DNA of 64,000 bases, taken from assembly GCA_913051545.1 (NCBI GenBank), contig CAJXCD010000002.1, positions 152,220-216,219 on the forward strand, written 5' to 3'. This document shows positions 15,958 to 26,216 of this stretch, piece by piece. The stretch is from an uncultured Chloroflexota bacterium (lineage in GTDB: Bacteria; Chloroflexota; Dehalococcoidia; Lucifugimonadales; CAJXCD01). Every line of letters begins with the position of its first letter. Position 1 is the first letter of the stretch. The notes beneath the pieces are model-generated. The model searched no databases, was not told where the DNA came from, and worked only from the letters and a program-made list of their open reading frames with translations. The position numbers and the translations under genes were made by a program.

Positions 15958-17553
15958 ATGGCTAAACCACGTATTATGTTCGACCACGATGGTCGTCATC
16001 CTCTTGTATACATGTACGAACCTCCTATGTACAAGGAAGAATTCGAGGCTGCTATAGACGAGCTTGTAGGCACTCCTGTTGAAGCAGTTAATTTAATGAT
16101 TGGTGATATCGGTTCCCTAATATATGATAGCCAAGTTGGTGGGTTGTGGGGGAAGAATGTAGATAAATGGCCTCACTTGGTTTGGGGTAGAGCGAGTCGA
16201 AATTTCAATTCTCTAATTTCCGAAGGTTATGATCCCCTGAAAATTGCATGTGATAGAGCTCACAACAAAGGTATGTTCTTGTATGCCCAACTTCTAGCCC
16301 AACAGGGAGCTAGAGAGCGTAGCTTAAGAGTTTGGGAAGATGATGAATTTTCTCCGGATGATTTTAAGTATGATGTACAGTCGCTTGAAATTGGCGCATC
16401 GGGCGAGGTTGATAAGGAATGGCCAGGGTATCGTTGCCTTGATTTTATGAATGAAGAAGTTCGGTCAAGGACACTTAGCCTAGTAGAGGAGTTAGTAAAT
16501 AATTATTCAATAGATGGTCTGGAGTTGGAATTTTGCTACACGCCATACTATTTCAGACCGGATCAGGTTAAATCTGGATGCAAGGTAATGACCGAGTGGA
16601 TAGCTACTCTTCATGAAATTCTCTCTAGTGGATCCGGGGACAGGGAGTTAGCGGTACAGGTTCCTGCCAATCTTGATGCTAGCTTATCGATAGGTTTAGA
16701 TCTGAATGAATGGATAAAAAGAGGAATTGTGGATGCGATTATCGCTCAGCCATCTGCAGTAGCAGACCCTATGGCAGATTTTAGGCCTTTGCTTAATGCT
16801 TCAAGAGGTACTAATACCAGAGTATTGGCGGCCCTGAAAAGTAGAGTTTCAACCGACAGGATAAATGAGGCTTCGATCGAAATGATGCGTGGCTCTGCTT
16901 GTAACTATTGGGATCAGGGCGTGGATGGTATCTACGTTGCACATTGGTTTGGATACTGGCCCTATACCCCGTCTTTTTATGAAAAACTTCGTGAATTGCC
17001 ACACCCAGACATAATGGCTCCTAGAGATAAACACTACAGGGTTCCAACTGATACTGCTAGGCCTGTATCCCCCTCTATAGTAGCTGATAAGAGTAATTCT
17101 CTACCAGTCAAGCTGGAAATTTCTGCGCCTCATTCGATTGAGTTGATTATTAGTGATGATGTAGAGCGTTGGGATAGTATGGGAATGGTTCATGAGATAC
17201 TTTTGCGGATTCGTTTGGTAGATACTACCGAGCGAGACAAGATCGAAGTTAAACTTAACGGAAATGTGCTGCCTCAAGATACACTTCGAAAGGTAATTAA
17301 TATGTATGCCATGGATGCTCCACAGTACCGCGTCACCGGTGCATGTTGGTATATTTTTAGACTCAGAGATGAGTTTAGGCCTGTAAAGGGAAATAACATA
17401 ATTGAAGTAAATCTTTTGGAGAATGAATCACAAGCTTTCGCCAAGGTGACGTTGAGGGATGTGGAGATGGAGATTAAATATCTTAAGGGAGCGGGATTTG
17501 GACGAGGTACAGTAGATCCAGATCTTGGGTCTTATGAATATGCTACACAGTAA
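15958..17553 (+). CDS. hypothetical protein (possible glycoside-hydrolase-like TIM-barrel fold)
   Basis: 531-aa ORF with a strong RBS (TAGGAGG). The N-terminal block MFDHDGRHPLVYMYEPPM...EAAIDELVGTPVEAVNLMIGD resembles uncharacterised GH-like proteins that I recall from Planctomycetes-type genomes. The fold guess is unverified. Confidence 0.45.
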   Translation: MAKPRIMFDHDGRHPLVYMYEPPMYKEEFEAAIDELVGTPVEAVNLMIGDIGSLIYDSQVGGLWGKNVDKWPHLVWGRASRNFNSLISEGYDPLKIACDRAHNKGMFLYAQLLAQQGARERSLRVWEDDEFSPDDFKYDVQSLEIGASGEVDKEWPGYRCLDFMNEEVRSRTLSLVEELVNNYSIDGLELEFCYTPYYFRPDQVKSGCKVMTEWIATLHEILSSGSGDRELAVQVPANLDASLSIGLDLNEWIKRGIVDAIIAQPSAVADPMADFRPLLNASRGTNTRVLAALKSRVSTDRINEASIEMMRGSACNYWDQGVDGIYVAHWFGYWPYTPSFYEKLRELPHPDIMAPRDKHYRVPTDTARPVSPSIVADKSNSLPVKLEISAPHSIELIISDDVERWDSMGMVHEILLRIRLVDTTERDKIEVKLNGNVLPQDTLRKVINMYAMDAPQYRVTGACWYIFRLRDEFRPVKGNNIIEVNLLENESQAFAKVTLRDVEMEIKYLKGAGFGRGTVDPDLGSYEYATQ

Positions 17554-17658
17554 GTTTATTACGTAATATTTCTGACAAGCTTAATGGGCGAATTTTAGCA
17601 CGAAGATTTTTGGACCAATAACTATAATGAACTAAAGCATATATCCCAGGAGGTAGTC

Positions 17659-18495
17659 ATGAATCAGACATATGATTGTTTACCGACTCTGAATGATACT
17701 CAGGTAATGGAATTTTGCAAGAATGGATTTTTGATGTTGGATGGTGTTGTGTCTGAGGATATAAATCAAAAAACCCTAGAGTATGTAAATGAACATCCCG
17801 GCGGGCAGCCGGTGGAAATTCTTCTGGAGGACTGGTTTTTGGATGGAGTTATAAAAAATCCTGATGCAGCTGGTGCCGTTAGATCCCTTCTAGGGAAGGA
17901 TTTTAGATTACCTAATCTGATGGCCAATCACAGGGTAGAATGCCCTGTGGAAGGACAGGATTGGCATAGAGATGGAGGTTCGAAGTTTGGTCCTGAATTA
18001 CAATATTTGCAAGTTTTTTATTATCCTGAGGTATGTCCTCGAGAAATGGGGCCGACTGAGTTACTTCCTGGTTCCCATTTTTTGTTTTCTACTCCTGGGT
18101 ATATGGGGCATTATGGAAATATAAAGGATTCATATTATGCTGTGGCGTCCGCTGGTTCAATATTTCTGACTATTTATAATATTTGGCATCGTCGTTCAGC
18201 TTCCACGGCCAATGGTATTCGCAACAATCTAAAATACAATTACTGGCGAACCTCACTCCCGGAACGTGACTGGCTAGTGGACCCGAATTTTGATCTAACT
18301 AATGCTGATTGGGCTCTCGGTGGATCTGGAATCAGGGATCAATTTGTGGATGTTGTGGATGCTGCACGGATGTATACTTGGCTGAGAGGGAAATCTGAAT
18401 TTTTCAATCTAATTGGGGGACAGGGTTGGCCGATTGGTCCTCATAGGCATTTAGGTGAAGCTTACGGGATTCCAGAAGGGCTTGAATTGGAATAA
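17659..18495 (+). CDS. phytanoyl-CoA dioxygenase (PhyH) family Fe(II)/2-oxoglutarate dioxygenase
   Basis: The N-terminal FCKNGFLMLDGVV, WHRDG (the H-x-D iron ligands), LLPGSHF, and a distal IWHRR are typical PhyH features. Confidence 0.75.
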   Translation: MNQTYDCLPTLNDTQVMEFCKNGFLMLDGVVSEDINQKTLEYVNEHPGGQPVEILLEDWFLDGVIKNPDAAGAVRSLLGKDFRLPNLMANHRVECPVEGQDWHRDGGSKFGPELQYLQVFYYPEVCPREMGPTELLPGSHFLFSTPGYMGHYGNIKDSYYAVASAGSIFLTIYNIWHRRSASTANGIRNNLKYNYWRTSLPERDWLVDPNFDLTNADWALGGSGIRDQFVDVVDAARMYTWLRGKSEFFNLIGGQGWPIGPHRHLGEAYGIPEGLELE

Positions 18496-18578
18496 ATAGA
18501 GTATAAGTGTTTTGAATTGTATTGAGTTTTTGCTTTGTAGAATTTAAGTTTAATAGTTTTATCTGTAGAGGAGTCAAA

Positions 18579-18899
18579 ATGTTTTTCGAATTCAGAGAGT
18601 ACAGGATTCGTGACGGCAAACGTCAGGAGTGGGTCGATTTTATGGAGAATAAGATAATCCCTTACCAGACATCTAAAGGGATGGTTGTTATTGGGAGTTT
18701 TGTAGGTGAAGAGGAAAGTGATCTTTATTTTTGGATCCGGCGCTTTGAGAGTGAAGAGCAGCGGATTCGTCTCTATGATGCGGTTTATGAATCGGATCAT
18801 TGGAAAAACGTTATTTCTCCGAAGGTGGGAGAAATGATGCTTAGAGAACGTATAGTTGTGACCAGACTGGAACCAACACCAAGATCAGTGATAAGGTGA
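18579..18899 (+). CDS. NIPSNAP family protein
   Basis: MFFEFREYRIRDGKRQEWVDFMENKIIP...LYFWIRRFESEEQR is a NIPSNAP-like pattern. ATG 18579 has a GAGGAG RBS and I prefer it over the track start at 18522. Confidence 0.65.
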   Translation: MFFEFREYRIRDGKRQEWVDFMENKIIPYQTSKGMVVIGSFVGEEESDLYFWIRRFESEEQRIRLYDAVYESDHWKNVISPKVGEMMLRERIVVTRLEPTPRSVIR

Positions 18900-18927
18900 T
18901 TCTCTTATACATATTGCAGGAGAGGCT

Positions 18928-19869
18928 ATGACAACGAAAGTAGGAGTTGGTGAATACAAGTATTCAGTGGCTGTAGATTGGCAAACATTGCCAGATGGGT
19001 ATGAATGGAGCGAAGCTACTTCGGTGGCAGTAGATTCGAAAGACAGGGTTTATGTTTTTAATAGGAGTGATCATCCAGTTATGGTGTTTGATTCGGATGG
19101 AAAGTTCGTTAACTCATGGGGAGAAGGTCTTTTCCCTAGGCCACATGGGATCACCGTCGCTCCAGACGATACCTTGTATTTGGCCGATGATGAAGATCAT
19201 ACTGTCAGGCACTGCACTACTGAAGGTGAAGTGTTATTGACAATTGGTACACCGGGCAAGTCATCGGAATACATGAGTGGAGACCCATTTCATAGGTGTA
19301 CAGACGTCGCATTGGATCCGAATTCGGGAGATCTTTATATAGCTGACGGGTATGGAAATGCCAGGGTGCATAAGTATTCTCCGGATGGCAAGTTACTTTT
19401 TTCGTGGGGTTCTCCTGGGACTGATCCAGGAGAATTTAATATTGTTCATAACATAGCAACCGACAAAGATGGATATGTGTATGTTGCCGACAGAGAAAAC
19501 CATAGAGTACAGGTTTTTGACTCTAATGGGAGGTATGAGACTCAGTGGGTTAATCTTCATAGACCATGTGCACTCTATATATCCAAATCACAAGAATTCT
19601 TGATAGGGGAGTTAGGTGCCGGTATGTCAGTGAACAGGTATCTTCCCAATATAGGGCCTAGAATTTCCATATTGGATTCTAAAGGACGATCCCTTGCGAA
19701 ATTGGGGGATGGTTTCGGATTTGATCCGGGTCAGTTTATTGCTCCACATGGTATATGTGTTGATTCCAGCGGAGCTATATACCTTGCTGAAGTTTCACGT
19801 ACAAACATGAGGAATCTGGGTGAGGAAGCAGACGACATACGTAGTTTACATAAATTGACGCCATGTTAA
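18928..19869 (+). CDS. NHL-repeat six-bladed beta-propeller protein
   Basis: Repeated blades of the form P.GIAVD..g.vYVADr.NHRVQVFD..G (for example YVYVADRENHRVQVFDSNGRY). There is no signal peptide. Confidence 0.8.
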   Translation: MTTKVGVGEYKYSVAVDWQTLPDGYEWSEATSVAVDSKDRVYVFNRSDHPVMVFDSDGKFVNSWGEGLFPRPHGITVAPDDTLYLADDEDHTVRHCTTEGEVLLTIGTPGKSSEYMSGDPFHRCTDVALDPNSGDLYIADGYGNARVHKYSPDGKLLFSWGSPGTDPGEFNIVHNIATDKDGYVYVADRENHRVQVFDSNGRYETQWVNLHRPCALYISKSQEFLIGELGAGMSVNRYLPNIGPRISILDSKGRSLAKLGDGFGFDPGQFIAPHGICVDSSGAIYLAEVSRTNMRNLGEEADDIRSLHKLTPC

Positions 19870-19933
19870 TGATCACTTCGTAAATATCAGGTAAATAAGG
19901 CTTGAAAATTGAACTCATTTTACTATTCCTACT

Positions 19934-20116
19934 ATGAATCTTAATAATAGAGGACGAGAGGTGTTTGTATATCTGGCAACCATTGCGGTTACCACTACTA
20001 TTGCTGTTGTTTTAACGAGCTTGTTACTTGGCGGGGAAAATTACATTATAAGTATATTTGGCGGTATATTTATCGGTTACTTAAGTGCTACGTATTCTTT
20101 GCGAAAGAAACGTTAA
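19934..20116 (+). CDS. small membrane protein (2 TM), hypothetical
   Basis: 60 aa with two hydrophobic segments and a basic C-terminus (LRKKR). No homology is recognisable. Confidence 0.35.
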   Translation: MNLNNRGREVFVYLATIAVTTTIAVVLTSLLLGGENYIISIFGGIFIGYLSATYSLRKKR

Positions 20117-20173
20117 TCTATACCTTTATGCACTTATAACTGAAGCGTTATTCCAAGTTTAGAGATAATTACA

Positions 20174-21331
20174 TTAGTGTGAATTATCGGCGGGAACTAT
20201 GTCATCATTTATAGGTTCGGACACACTTGAATTTGATAAACTCTCGCTACTGCTCCACTCTTTGTAGAAATATTTGAACACATCTCGTGATACCGCTGCA
20301 AGAGGGACTGAAATAATTACACCGAAAAGGCCTGCGGCTTCACTTCCCACGACTAGTACAAGCATTATAATTATCGGATGCATTTGAACTGCGTGGCCTT
20401 GTATTCGTGGTACTAGTAGAGTGTTTTCGATCAACTGAATACCAAGATATAGAGATAGGACCAACAAAATCTTCTCGGGTGAGGATGCAAGTGTTACTAA
20501 AATACCTGGCACTGCGCCAAGCAGTGGACCTACAACAGGTATTAGTTCAGTGACCCCAGCAACTAGACCCAAAAGAACAGAAAATTTAATTCCTAGAAAA
20601 TAAAGTCCTACCGATACGACTGTACCTACAATTACTCCTAGCGTTAGCTGTGCTCTGATGTAGGAACCTAGAACACGATTAGTTATATCGATGATGTTTT
20701 TGGCATGTTTTTGAGATTCTGACGGCATGATAGCGTAAATCTCTTTTGTAGCTGTTTCTCTATCTTTCAGTAAGTAAAATAGCATGAAAGGTACAATAGC
20801 TAATCCGATGACAGTGGTGAACGTATTTGTTACGGTACCTAATGTTTTTCCTATTATGGATGTTCCTGCATCGATAAGAATTGCCCCCTGATCTTCAAGA
20901 ATTTCTTCTATTTGAATTCTCACATCAGCTGGTATTTTGTCTGTGTACCAGTTATTCCAGTTCTCGACTGTTTGCCTTGCATCTTCGAAAAGTACTGGAA
21001 TTTCATTAATGAACTCAGAAGCTTGTTTAAATGCAGGAGGTACCACCACAGCAAGGGATCCAGCAAGTATAGTTAGGGCCAGAAAATAAATAACTGTTAT
21101 TGATCCTACTCTAGTCCCATGTGGCCATTTTGGGTTCCACGGAAAACAATTTTCTAATATCCTGACTGCAGGGAAGAGAAGGTAAGCCAAAATGGCGCTT
21201 ACTGCTAGAGGTAACAGCGCTCCTCGGGCCATTATCACAAGGACTACTAATATTACTAATCCTGATATAACAAGGAGCAGTCTATTTCTTCGTAATTTAG
21301 AATTTGCGTTTATCTTGGAATCCAAGGTCAT
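20174..21331 (-). CDS. AI-2E family transporter (PerM/UPF0118)
   Basis: About 8 TM segments. The C-terminal half carries the typical LIPVVGPLLGAVP...GIQLIENTLLVPRI motif. Confidence 0.8.
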   Translation of the reverse strand: MTLDSKINANSKLRRNRLLLVISGLVILVVLVIMARGALLPLAVSAILAYLLFPAVRILENCFPWNPKWPHGTRVGSITVIYFLALTILAGSLAVVVPPAFKQASEFINEIPVLFEDARQTVENWNNWYTDKIPADVRIQIEEILEDQGAILIDAGTSIIGKTLGTVTNTFTTVIGLAIVPFMLFYLLKDRETATKEIYAIMPSESQKHAKNIIDITNRVLGSYIRAQLTLGVIVGTVVSVGLYFLGIKFSVLLGLVAGVTELIPVVGPLLGAVPGILVTLASSPEKILLVLSLYLGIQLIENTLLVPRIQGHAVQMHPIIIMLVLVVGSEAAGLFGVIISVPLAAVSRDVFKYFYKEWSSSESLSNSSVSEPINDDIVPADNSH

Positions 21332-21347
21332 TCTCCGATGGTAGACG

Positions 21348-22283
21348 TTATCCCTTTGTAATTATACCGAGTTCGTTTAAATACTGGTTCAGATTATTTA
21401 GATCTGATTCTGTTGGAGAAATTCCGGGCGCTCTCGTAGCACCTCCTGATAGTCCTATCATATCCATTGCAGCCTTATGTAATCTGTGTCCGAATTGTTG
21501 TCTAAGTAATTCTATAGGGCGTAGTGTTTTTTGAATTTTCATGACATTGTGAAAATCTTTTTCTTGGGCAGAGTTCCACATAGTAAGTAGCTGATTTGGT
21601 AGGTAGTTAGCCAGACTAGATGTAAGGGCGCCGGCACCCATTAAGAGAAAGCAAGGGGCTAGTTGATCCGAGCCGGCTCCGGCAATGATTACCTGGTTTC
21701 CGACTTCTCTGACCAAGTGTTCAAACTCGTCCATATTTTCACTTTCTTCTTTCAAGGCTAGCATGTTTGGTAAATCTGATAATCTGCGCACCGTGTCAAC
21801 ATCCACCGTGTTATCTATTCTAAACGGCATTATCCCAATCTCAATTGATTTAGATATAGTAGAATAAAATTCAATTACTGATTGTCGATCTGTACCTACA
21901 GATTCGCTGGGGAATAAAAGAACGCCATCTGCTCCTGCTTCTTCCATTTTGCGTGATGTATTCACACATGATTCGGTATCACCAGTCACTCCTGCAATAA
22001 CGATAATCTTTCCAGAAGCCTGTTCGGAAGTAGTACGTACTACTTGAAAGTGTTCTTCTTCATTAAGGTGCCATAATTCTCCGACACCACCACATGTTAC
22101 TACTACAGGTATATTTGCCGTGACCCAGGAGTTTACATTACGTTTGATACCTTCTTCATCAACAATAGTTTTACCATTGTTGTCTATAAAAGGTGTTATT
22201 GCGAAAACTTGAATACCCTTGCTTCTTCGTCGTGTTTCTTCTATTTTCAAGTTAAAGTTTCCTTCCAACAAAAATAATCGCAT
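21348..22283 (-). CDS. dihydrodipicolinate synthase/N-acetylneuraminate lyase family (class I aldolase) protein
   Basis: VFAITPF..., GGVGELWHLNEEEH, GADGVLLFP, and the candidate Schiff-base lysine in LALKEES. Confidence 0.7.
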   Translation of the reverse strand: MRLFLLEGNFNLKIEETRRRSKGIQVFAITPFIDNNGKTIVDEEGIKRNVNSWVTANIPVVVTCGGVGELWHLNEEEHFQVVRTTSEQASGKIIVIAGVTGDTESCVNTSRKMEEAGADGVLLFPSESVGTDRQSVIEFYSTISKSIEIGIMPFRIDNTVDVDTVRRLSDLPNMLALKEESENMDEFEHLVREVGNQVIIAGAGSDQLAPCFLLMGAGALTSSLANYLPNQLLTMWNSAQEKDFHNVMKIQKTLRPIELLRQQFGHRLHKAAMDMIGLSGGATRAPGISPTESDLNNLNQYLNELGIITKG

Positions 22284-22386
22284 ACGATATAATCATCAGA
22301 GGTTACATCATATGTATTTCTTTTTCATCTCACTGTAATCTTAGAGAGCATGAAATTTCGGTGAATTAAAAACAGGAGCTTTAACT

Positions 22387-24024
22387 ATGAATGGTGTAGA
22401 TGCAGTAGCAGAGATATTAAAGAGAGAGGGTACAGAATTCTTAGCCTGTTATCCTGCACAGAGGATGATTGATGCTGCTGCAAAGCTTGATATAACACCA
22501 ATACTGTGTCGGCAGGAACGTATGGGGATGGCTATTGCTGATGGGTTTAGCAGGATTACCAGTGGAAGTAGGATCGGAGTTTTTGCTATGCAACATGGTC
22601 CTGGCGCAGAAAATGCATTTCCCGGTGCGGCTCAGGCATTTTCAGAAAATGTTCCAGTGCTAATCATACCAGGAGCAGAGGCAACTACCAGGAGTTTCGT
22701 AGAACCCAATTTCAGTTCTGTAGAGAATTACCGTAATGTTACTAAATGGCGGGCTGAAGTTAATCATGTCGAAAGAATACCCGAATTGATGAGACGTGCT
22801 TTTTATCAGTTGCGTACAGGGAAGCCTGGACCTGTACTTGTGGAACTTCCTAGGGATATATGGGATGCTGAACTAGAAGGGGAATTGGATTATGTACCGG
22901 TCAGAGGCAATCTTGTCAGACCAGATTCTGACGAAATCAGGGAAGTAGCATCCGTGTTATTGAAGGCAGAGCATCCCGTTATTCATGCTGGACAGGGATG
23001 TCTTTATGCTAATACTTGGAATGAGCTGCAGGAAATAGCTGAACTTCTTCAAGCACCTGTGATGACAACGATGCAAGGCAAGAGTTGTTTTCCTGAAAAT
23101 CATCCTCTTTCATTGGGATCGTCAGCAGTATCTACTACAAAAGCAGTGCATCAGTTTGTAAGTAATTCAGATTTGATTTTTGGGATAGGGTGTAGTTTCA
23201 CCAAGACGAACTATGGAAAGGCTATCCCTTCAGGGAAGATAATAGTTCATAGCACTAATGATGCCAATGATATAAATAAGGATATCGCTGCAGATTATGC
23301 TTTATTAGGTGATGCAAAGTTAGTACTAACTGATCTGATATCCCAAATAAAACTTCAGTCAGGCGATGCCGGACACACTAAGACTAGGAATATAGGTCCG
23401 GAAGTCCAACGTTTGAAGCGTGAATGGTTAGGTGAATGGATGCCTAGGCTAACTTCAGATGAAACACCGATAAACCAGTACAGAATCATCTGGGATTTGA
23501 TGAATAATGTAGATAGAGCAAACACTATAGTTACACATGACGCCGGTAGTCCCAGGGATCAGATAGTTCCTTTCTGGGAATGTGTTGCGCCTCGTACGTA
23601 TATGGGATGGGGTAAATCCACTCAATTAGGATATGGCCTTGGTATAATTATGGGAGCTAAATTGGCTGAACCTGACAAGTTGTGTGTCAACATGATGGGA
23701 GATGCCGCTATTGGTATGGTGGGCATGGATATTGAGACTGCGGTTCGTAATAAGATTGGCATACTTACGATAGTATTTAACAACGGTATGATGTCAATAG
23801 AGCACGACCATATGCCATATTCCGCTCAATCTCACGACACGTTGAGCGTAGGAGGAGATTACAGGAAGGTTGCAGAGGGTCTTGGAGCATGGTCACTAAG
23901 AGTGGAGAAACCAGATGATTTTCTACCTGCATTGGATCAGGCGATACAGATCACAAAGACCGGTCAGCCTGCTCTTTTGGACTGTATATGTAAAGATAAC
24001 ATTGAGTTTTCAAAGTATTCTTAG
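22387..24024 (+). CDS. thiamine-pyrophosphate-dependent enzyme (acetolactate synthase-like family)
   Basis: The N-terminal Pyr domain (GVDAVAEILKREGTEFLACYP..., HGPGAENAFPGAAQAF) and the C-terminal PP domain (MMGDAAIGM...NNG) are present. The length of 545 aa fits. Confidence 0.8.
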   Translation: MNGVDAVAEILKREGTEFLACYPAQRMIDAAAKLDITPILCRQERMGMAIADGFSRITSGSRIGVFAMQHGPGAENAFPGAAQAFSENVPVLIIPGAEATTRSFVEPNFSSVENYRNVTKWRAEVNHVERIPELMRRAFYQLRTGKPGPVLVELPRDIWDAELEGELDYVPVRGNLVRPDSDEIREVASVLLKAEHPVIHAGQGCLYANTWNELQEIAELLQAPVMTTMQGKSCFPENHPLSLGSSAVSTTKAVHQFVSNSDLIFGIGCSFTKTNYGKAIPSGKIIVHSTNDANDINKDIAADYALLGDAKLVLTDLISQIKLQSGDAGHTKTRNIGPEVQRLKREWLGEWMPRLTSDETPINQYRIIWDLMNNVDRANTIVTHDAGSPRDQIVPFWECVAPRTYMGWGKSTQLGYGLGIIMGAKLAEPDKLCVNMMGDAAIGMVGMDIETAVRNKIGILTIVFNNGMMSIEHDHMPYSAQSHDTLSVGGDYRKVAEGLGAWSLRVEKPDDFLPALDQAIQITKTGQPALLDCICKDNIEFSKYS

Positions 24025-24037
24025 GCGCACTTTATGC

Positions 24038-24457
24038 TTACGGTTCAACAAATTCAATCAATATCCCGTCAGGGTCGTATGCACACACAACCCACTGCGC
24101 ATCTTTAGGATTTAGGGGTTCTGAAAGGAACTCTACGCCTTTCGTAGTCAAGTTTGAATAAACAGAATTTATGTCATCCACGAACAAGGTTATCCATCTG
24201 ACTCCGGACTTAAAATAGGATGTTCCTTCCCTGGGGGGGGTCTGTATCTGCATTAATTTTATTAGAGTATCACCTGCTTTGAGTCTGACTTGTCGGAATC
24301 CGCCAGGGGCTAGTCCTGACTTAATAGCAATTTCGTCTGATATTCTTATCTCCTCAACGACTGGAAGACCTAGAGTATCCCTGTAGAAGGTTATAGAATC
24401 TTGAAAATTGCTACAAACAATTCCTATGTCTACGTTCGACCTGTTGATTTTTACCAA
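24038..24457 (-). CDS. VOC (glyoxalase/bleomycin-resistance/dioxygenase) family protein
   Basis: 139 aa with paired beta-alpha-beta-beta-beta modules: DIGIVCSNFQDSITFYRDTLGL ... AYDPDGILIEF. Confidence 0.7.
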   Translation of the reverse strand: MVKINRSNVDIGIVCSNFQDSITFYRDTLGLPVVEEIRISDEIAIKSGLAPGGFRQVRLKAGDTLIKLMQIQTPPREGTSYFKSGVRWITLFVDDINSVYSNLTTKGVEFLSEPLNPKDAQWVVCAYDPDGILIEFVEP

Positions 24458-24491
24458 TTAGTTTCCCTGGGTGTCCACAGGATACTAGTAT

Positions 24492-25208
24492 TTATGGGTA
24501 AACGTTTTGGAACCCGTCTGTTTCAGGTTTAGGGTTCCTGAAGAGCATGCTCTTCACTTTACCATCTTCGTCTATATACCAGCTGTAACTACCAGTACCA
24601 GATAGGCTATTGTCAAGGGATGCTGACGCAGGTACTTCGGTGAAATAGCCCCTTTTAACCAGCATATCCATATCTATAAACCAGTCCCTACTGTCAACTA
24701 CGTACTCAGTATTTTTTACATTAACGACAGTGGTGGTCCAGTGGTCAATATTTAAGTTAGCGGATACGTCACCGTGGTATAGGGGAAGTTCACCTGGCGC
24801 CCTTTCACCATTTCCATCGCCGTCAACCCACGAAGGTGTCGCACTTTGGTCTTTGCCTGAAGTAGGATTGCTTTCAAGAGTTCCTAGTGTAGTAATTACA
24901 TCATTTCCTACATCCGATAATTTTAGGTTGTTGGCAATACCTCCATTTGCTAGAGCGTAGTTTGGATGAATTCCTAAAGTTACTGAATCATAGGATTGTC
25001 TCTGGTTAACCACTTTTGGAGGGTAACCTGCAAGATAGACATTAACTTTGGTAGTGATTAGCTTTCTATCAATTTCATACTTTTGTTCACTTGACTTAGG
25101 AAGAATATTAGGAACCGTAAAATATACGACTATACCTATAATTATCAATGCCACTACGACCATTAATTTGACTGTGCCAGATGCTTGATTTAGTACTTGT
25201 AACATCAT
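24492..25208 (-). CDS. N-terminally membrane-anchored secreted/exposed protein, unknown function
   Basis: A single N-terminal hydrophobic span (KLMVVVALIIIGIVVYF) is followed by a Gly/Asp/Asn-rich soluble domain. A G9 tract ends 3 nt upstream of the ATG. Confidence 0.5.
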   Translation of the reverse strand: MMLQVLNQASGTVKLMVVVALIIIGIVVYFTVPNILPKSSEQKYEIDRKLITTKVNVYLAGYPPKVVNQRQSYDSVTLGIHPNYALANGGIANNLKLSDVGNDVITTLGTLESNPTSGKDQSATPSWVDGDGNGERAPGELPLYHGDVSANLNIDHWTTTVVNVKNTEYVVDSRDWFIDMDMLVKRGYFTEVPASASLDNSLSGTGSYSWYIDEDGKVKSMLFRNPKPETDGFQNVYP

Positions 25209-25211
25209 ATA

Positions 25212-25220
25212 CCCCCCCCC
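25212..25220 (-). repeat. homopolymeric G9 (C9 on the plus strand) tract in the Shine-Dalgarno position of the 24492..25208 gene
   Basis: The minus strand reads GGUUGGGGGGGGGUAU-AUG. It is unusual in an AT-rich genome. Confidence 0.9.
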
Positions 25221-25332
25221 AACCTTTTAAGGTATACCTATTGTAAAATTAAAGCGTAGTGTAGCCATCATCGTCTTTATATGTCAAACAGGTAACTAAC
25301 TTAGTAACGTAAATTGAAGAATTGAATTAAGA

Positions 25333-26205
25333 CTATAGACCATAGAATTCGATAGCATTATCTTTAAATAGACGATCTTTTTCATATGAGTTTATTTGGC
25401 CTATGGAGTCTTCCATCAATTGATATGTTTCATCGTAGGTATTCGTCACGGAAGATATTGGCCAATCGCTACCCCAAATCAATTTTTCAGTGTCAAATTC
25501 GGTCATGATATGTTGTACAAATGGTTTTATATCTTCTGAGGACAAAGGTTTAATAGTTGTATTTAGGAATTTTGACATATCCTGTGACCTGGGAGACAGC
25601 GACATTTTACAGTATATATTGGTATTTTTTGCCAAATATCTCATCGACTCCGTCCACTTTTCTTTGTCGGATTGGTAGAGCATATCCGGTTTAGCCATGT
25701 GTTCTATAATCCCTCTTAGGTCTGGATTTTCTTCACACAACTTTAATACATCCTCTAGATGATGTGTCTGTATCAAAAATTCAAAAATACATCCAATGTT
25801 AGATATGACTGATAACCCATTCTTGATTGATTCTTTGCTCAAAAAGGCAGGATCATCGTTTCCTTCGAACCTCATTCGAACGCCTCTGAATTTCGGATAC
25901 AAACTCCAAAATCGAATTTCTTCTTCTAGCTCTGGGTTTTCCAGATTAGCCCATGTTATGAAGCCGCTAATTGCTTCAGATTCCTCTGCCATATCAGCCA
26001 GACCCTGGTTCTCTTGATGAGATTCACCGGCTTCTACGACTATAAAAGAATTTACATTAGTGTTCTCAGGTGCTGAGAGGAGATCCCCCGGTTCAAATGA
26101 TCTGAATAAAGGACCAAGTTCTGGTTTTATCCAGGTCTTACCAGATATACCAAGTTTCCATAGATGGCAGTGGCTATCTATTATTTCCACATTTTTTGTG
26201 ATCAA
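25333..26205 (-). CDS. amidohydrolase 2 family metal-dependent hydrolase (LigI/lactonase-like)
   Basis: The N-terminal IIDSHCHLW metal-binding motif, a ~290-aa TIM-barrel length, and the C-terminal GSDWP motif. Confidence 0.7.
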   Translation of the reverse strand: MITKNVEIIDSHCHLWKLGISGKTWIKPELGPLFRSFEPGDLLSAPENTNVNSFIVVEAGESHQENQGLADMAEESEAISGFITWANLENPELEEEIRFWSLYPKFRGVRMRFEGNDDPAFLSKESIKNGLSVISNIGCIFEFLIQTHHLEDVLKLCEENPDLRGIIEHMAKPDMLYQSDKEKWTESMRYLAKNTNIYCKMSLSPRSQDMSKFLNTTIKPLSSEDIKPFVQHIMTEFDTEKLIWGSDWPISSVTNTYDETYQLMEDSIGQINSYEKDRLFKDNAIEFYGL

Positions 26206-26216
26206 TATACTATTTC

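Noticed and set aside
24233-24240. G8 (C8 on the coding strand) homopolymer inside the VOC gene 24038..24457, a possible frameshift or phase-variation site.
   Set aside because: The reading frame is intact through it (it encodes ...QTPPREG...) and the protein has normal VOC length. There is no evidence of disruption.
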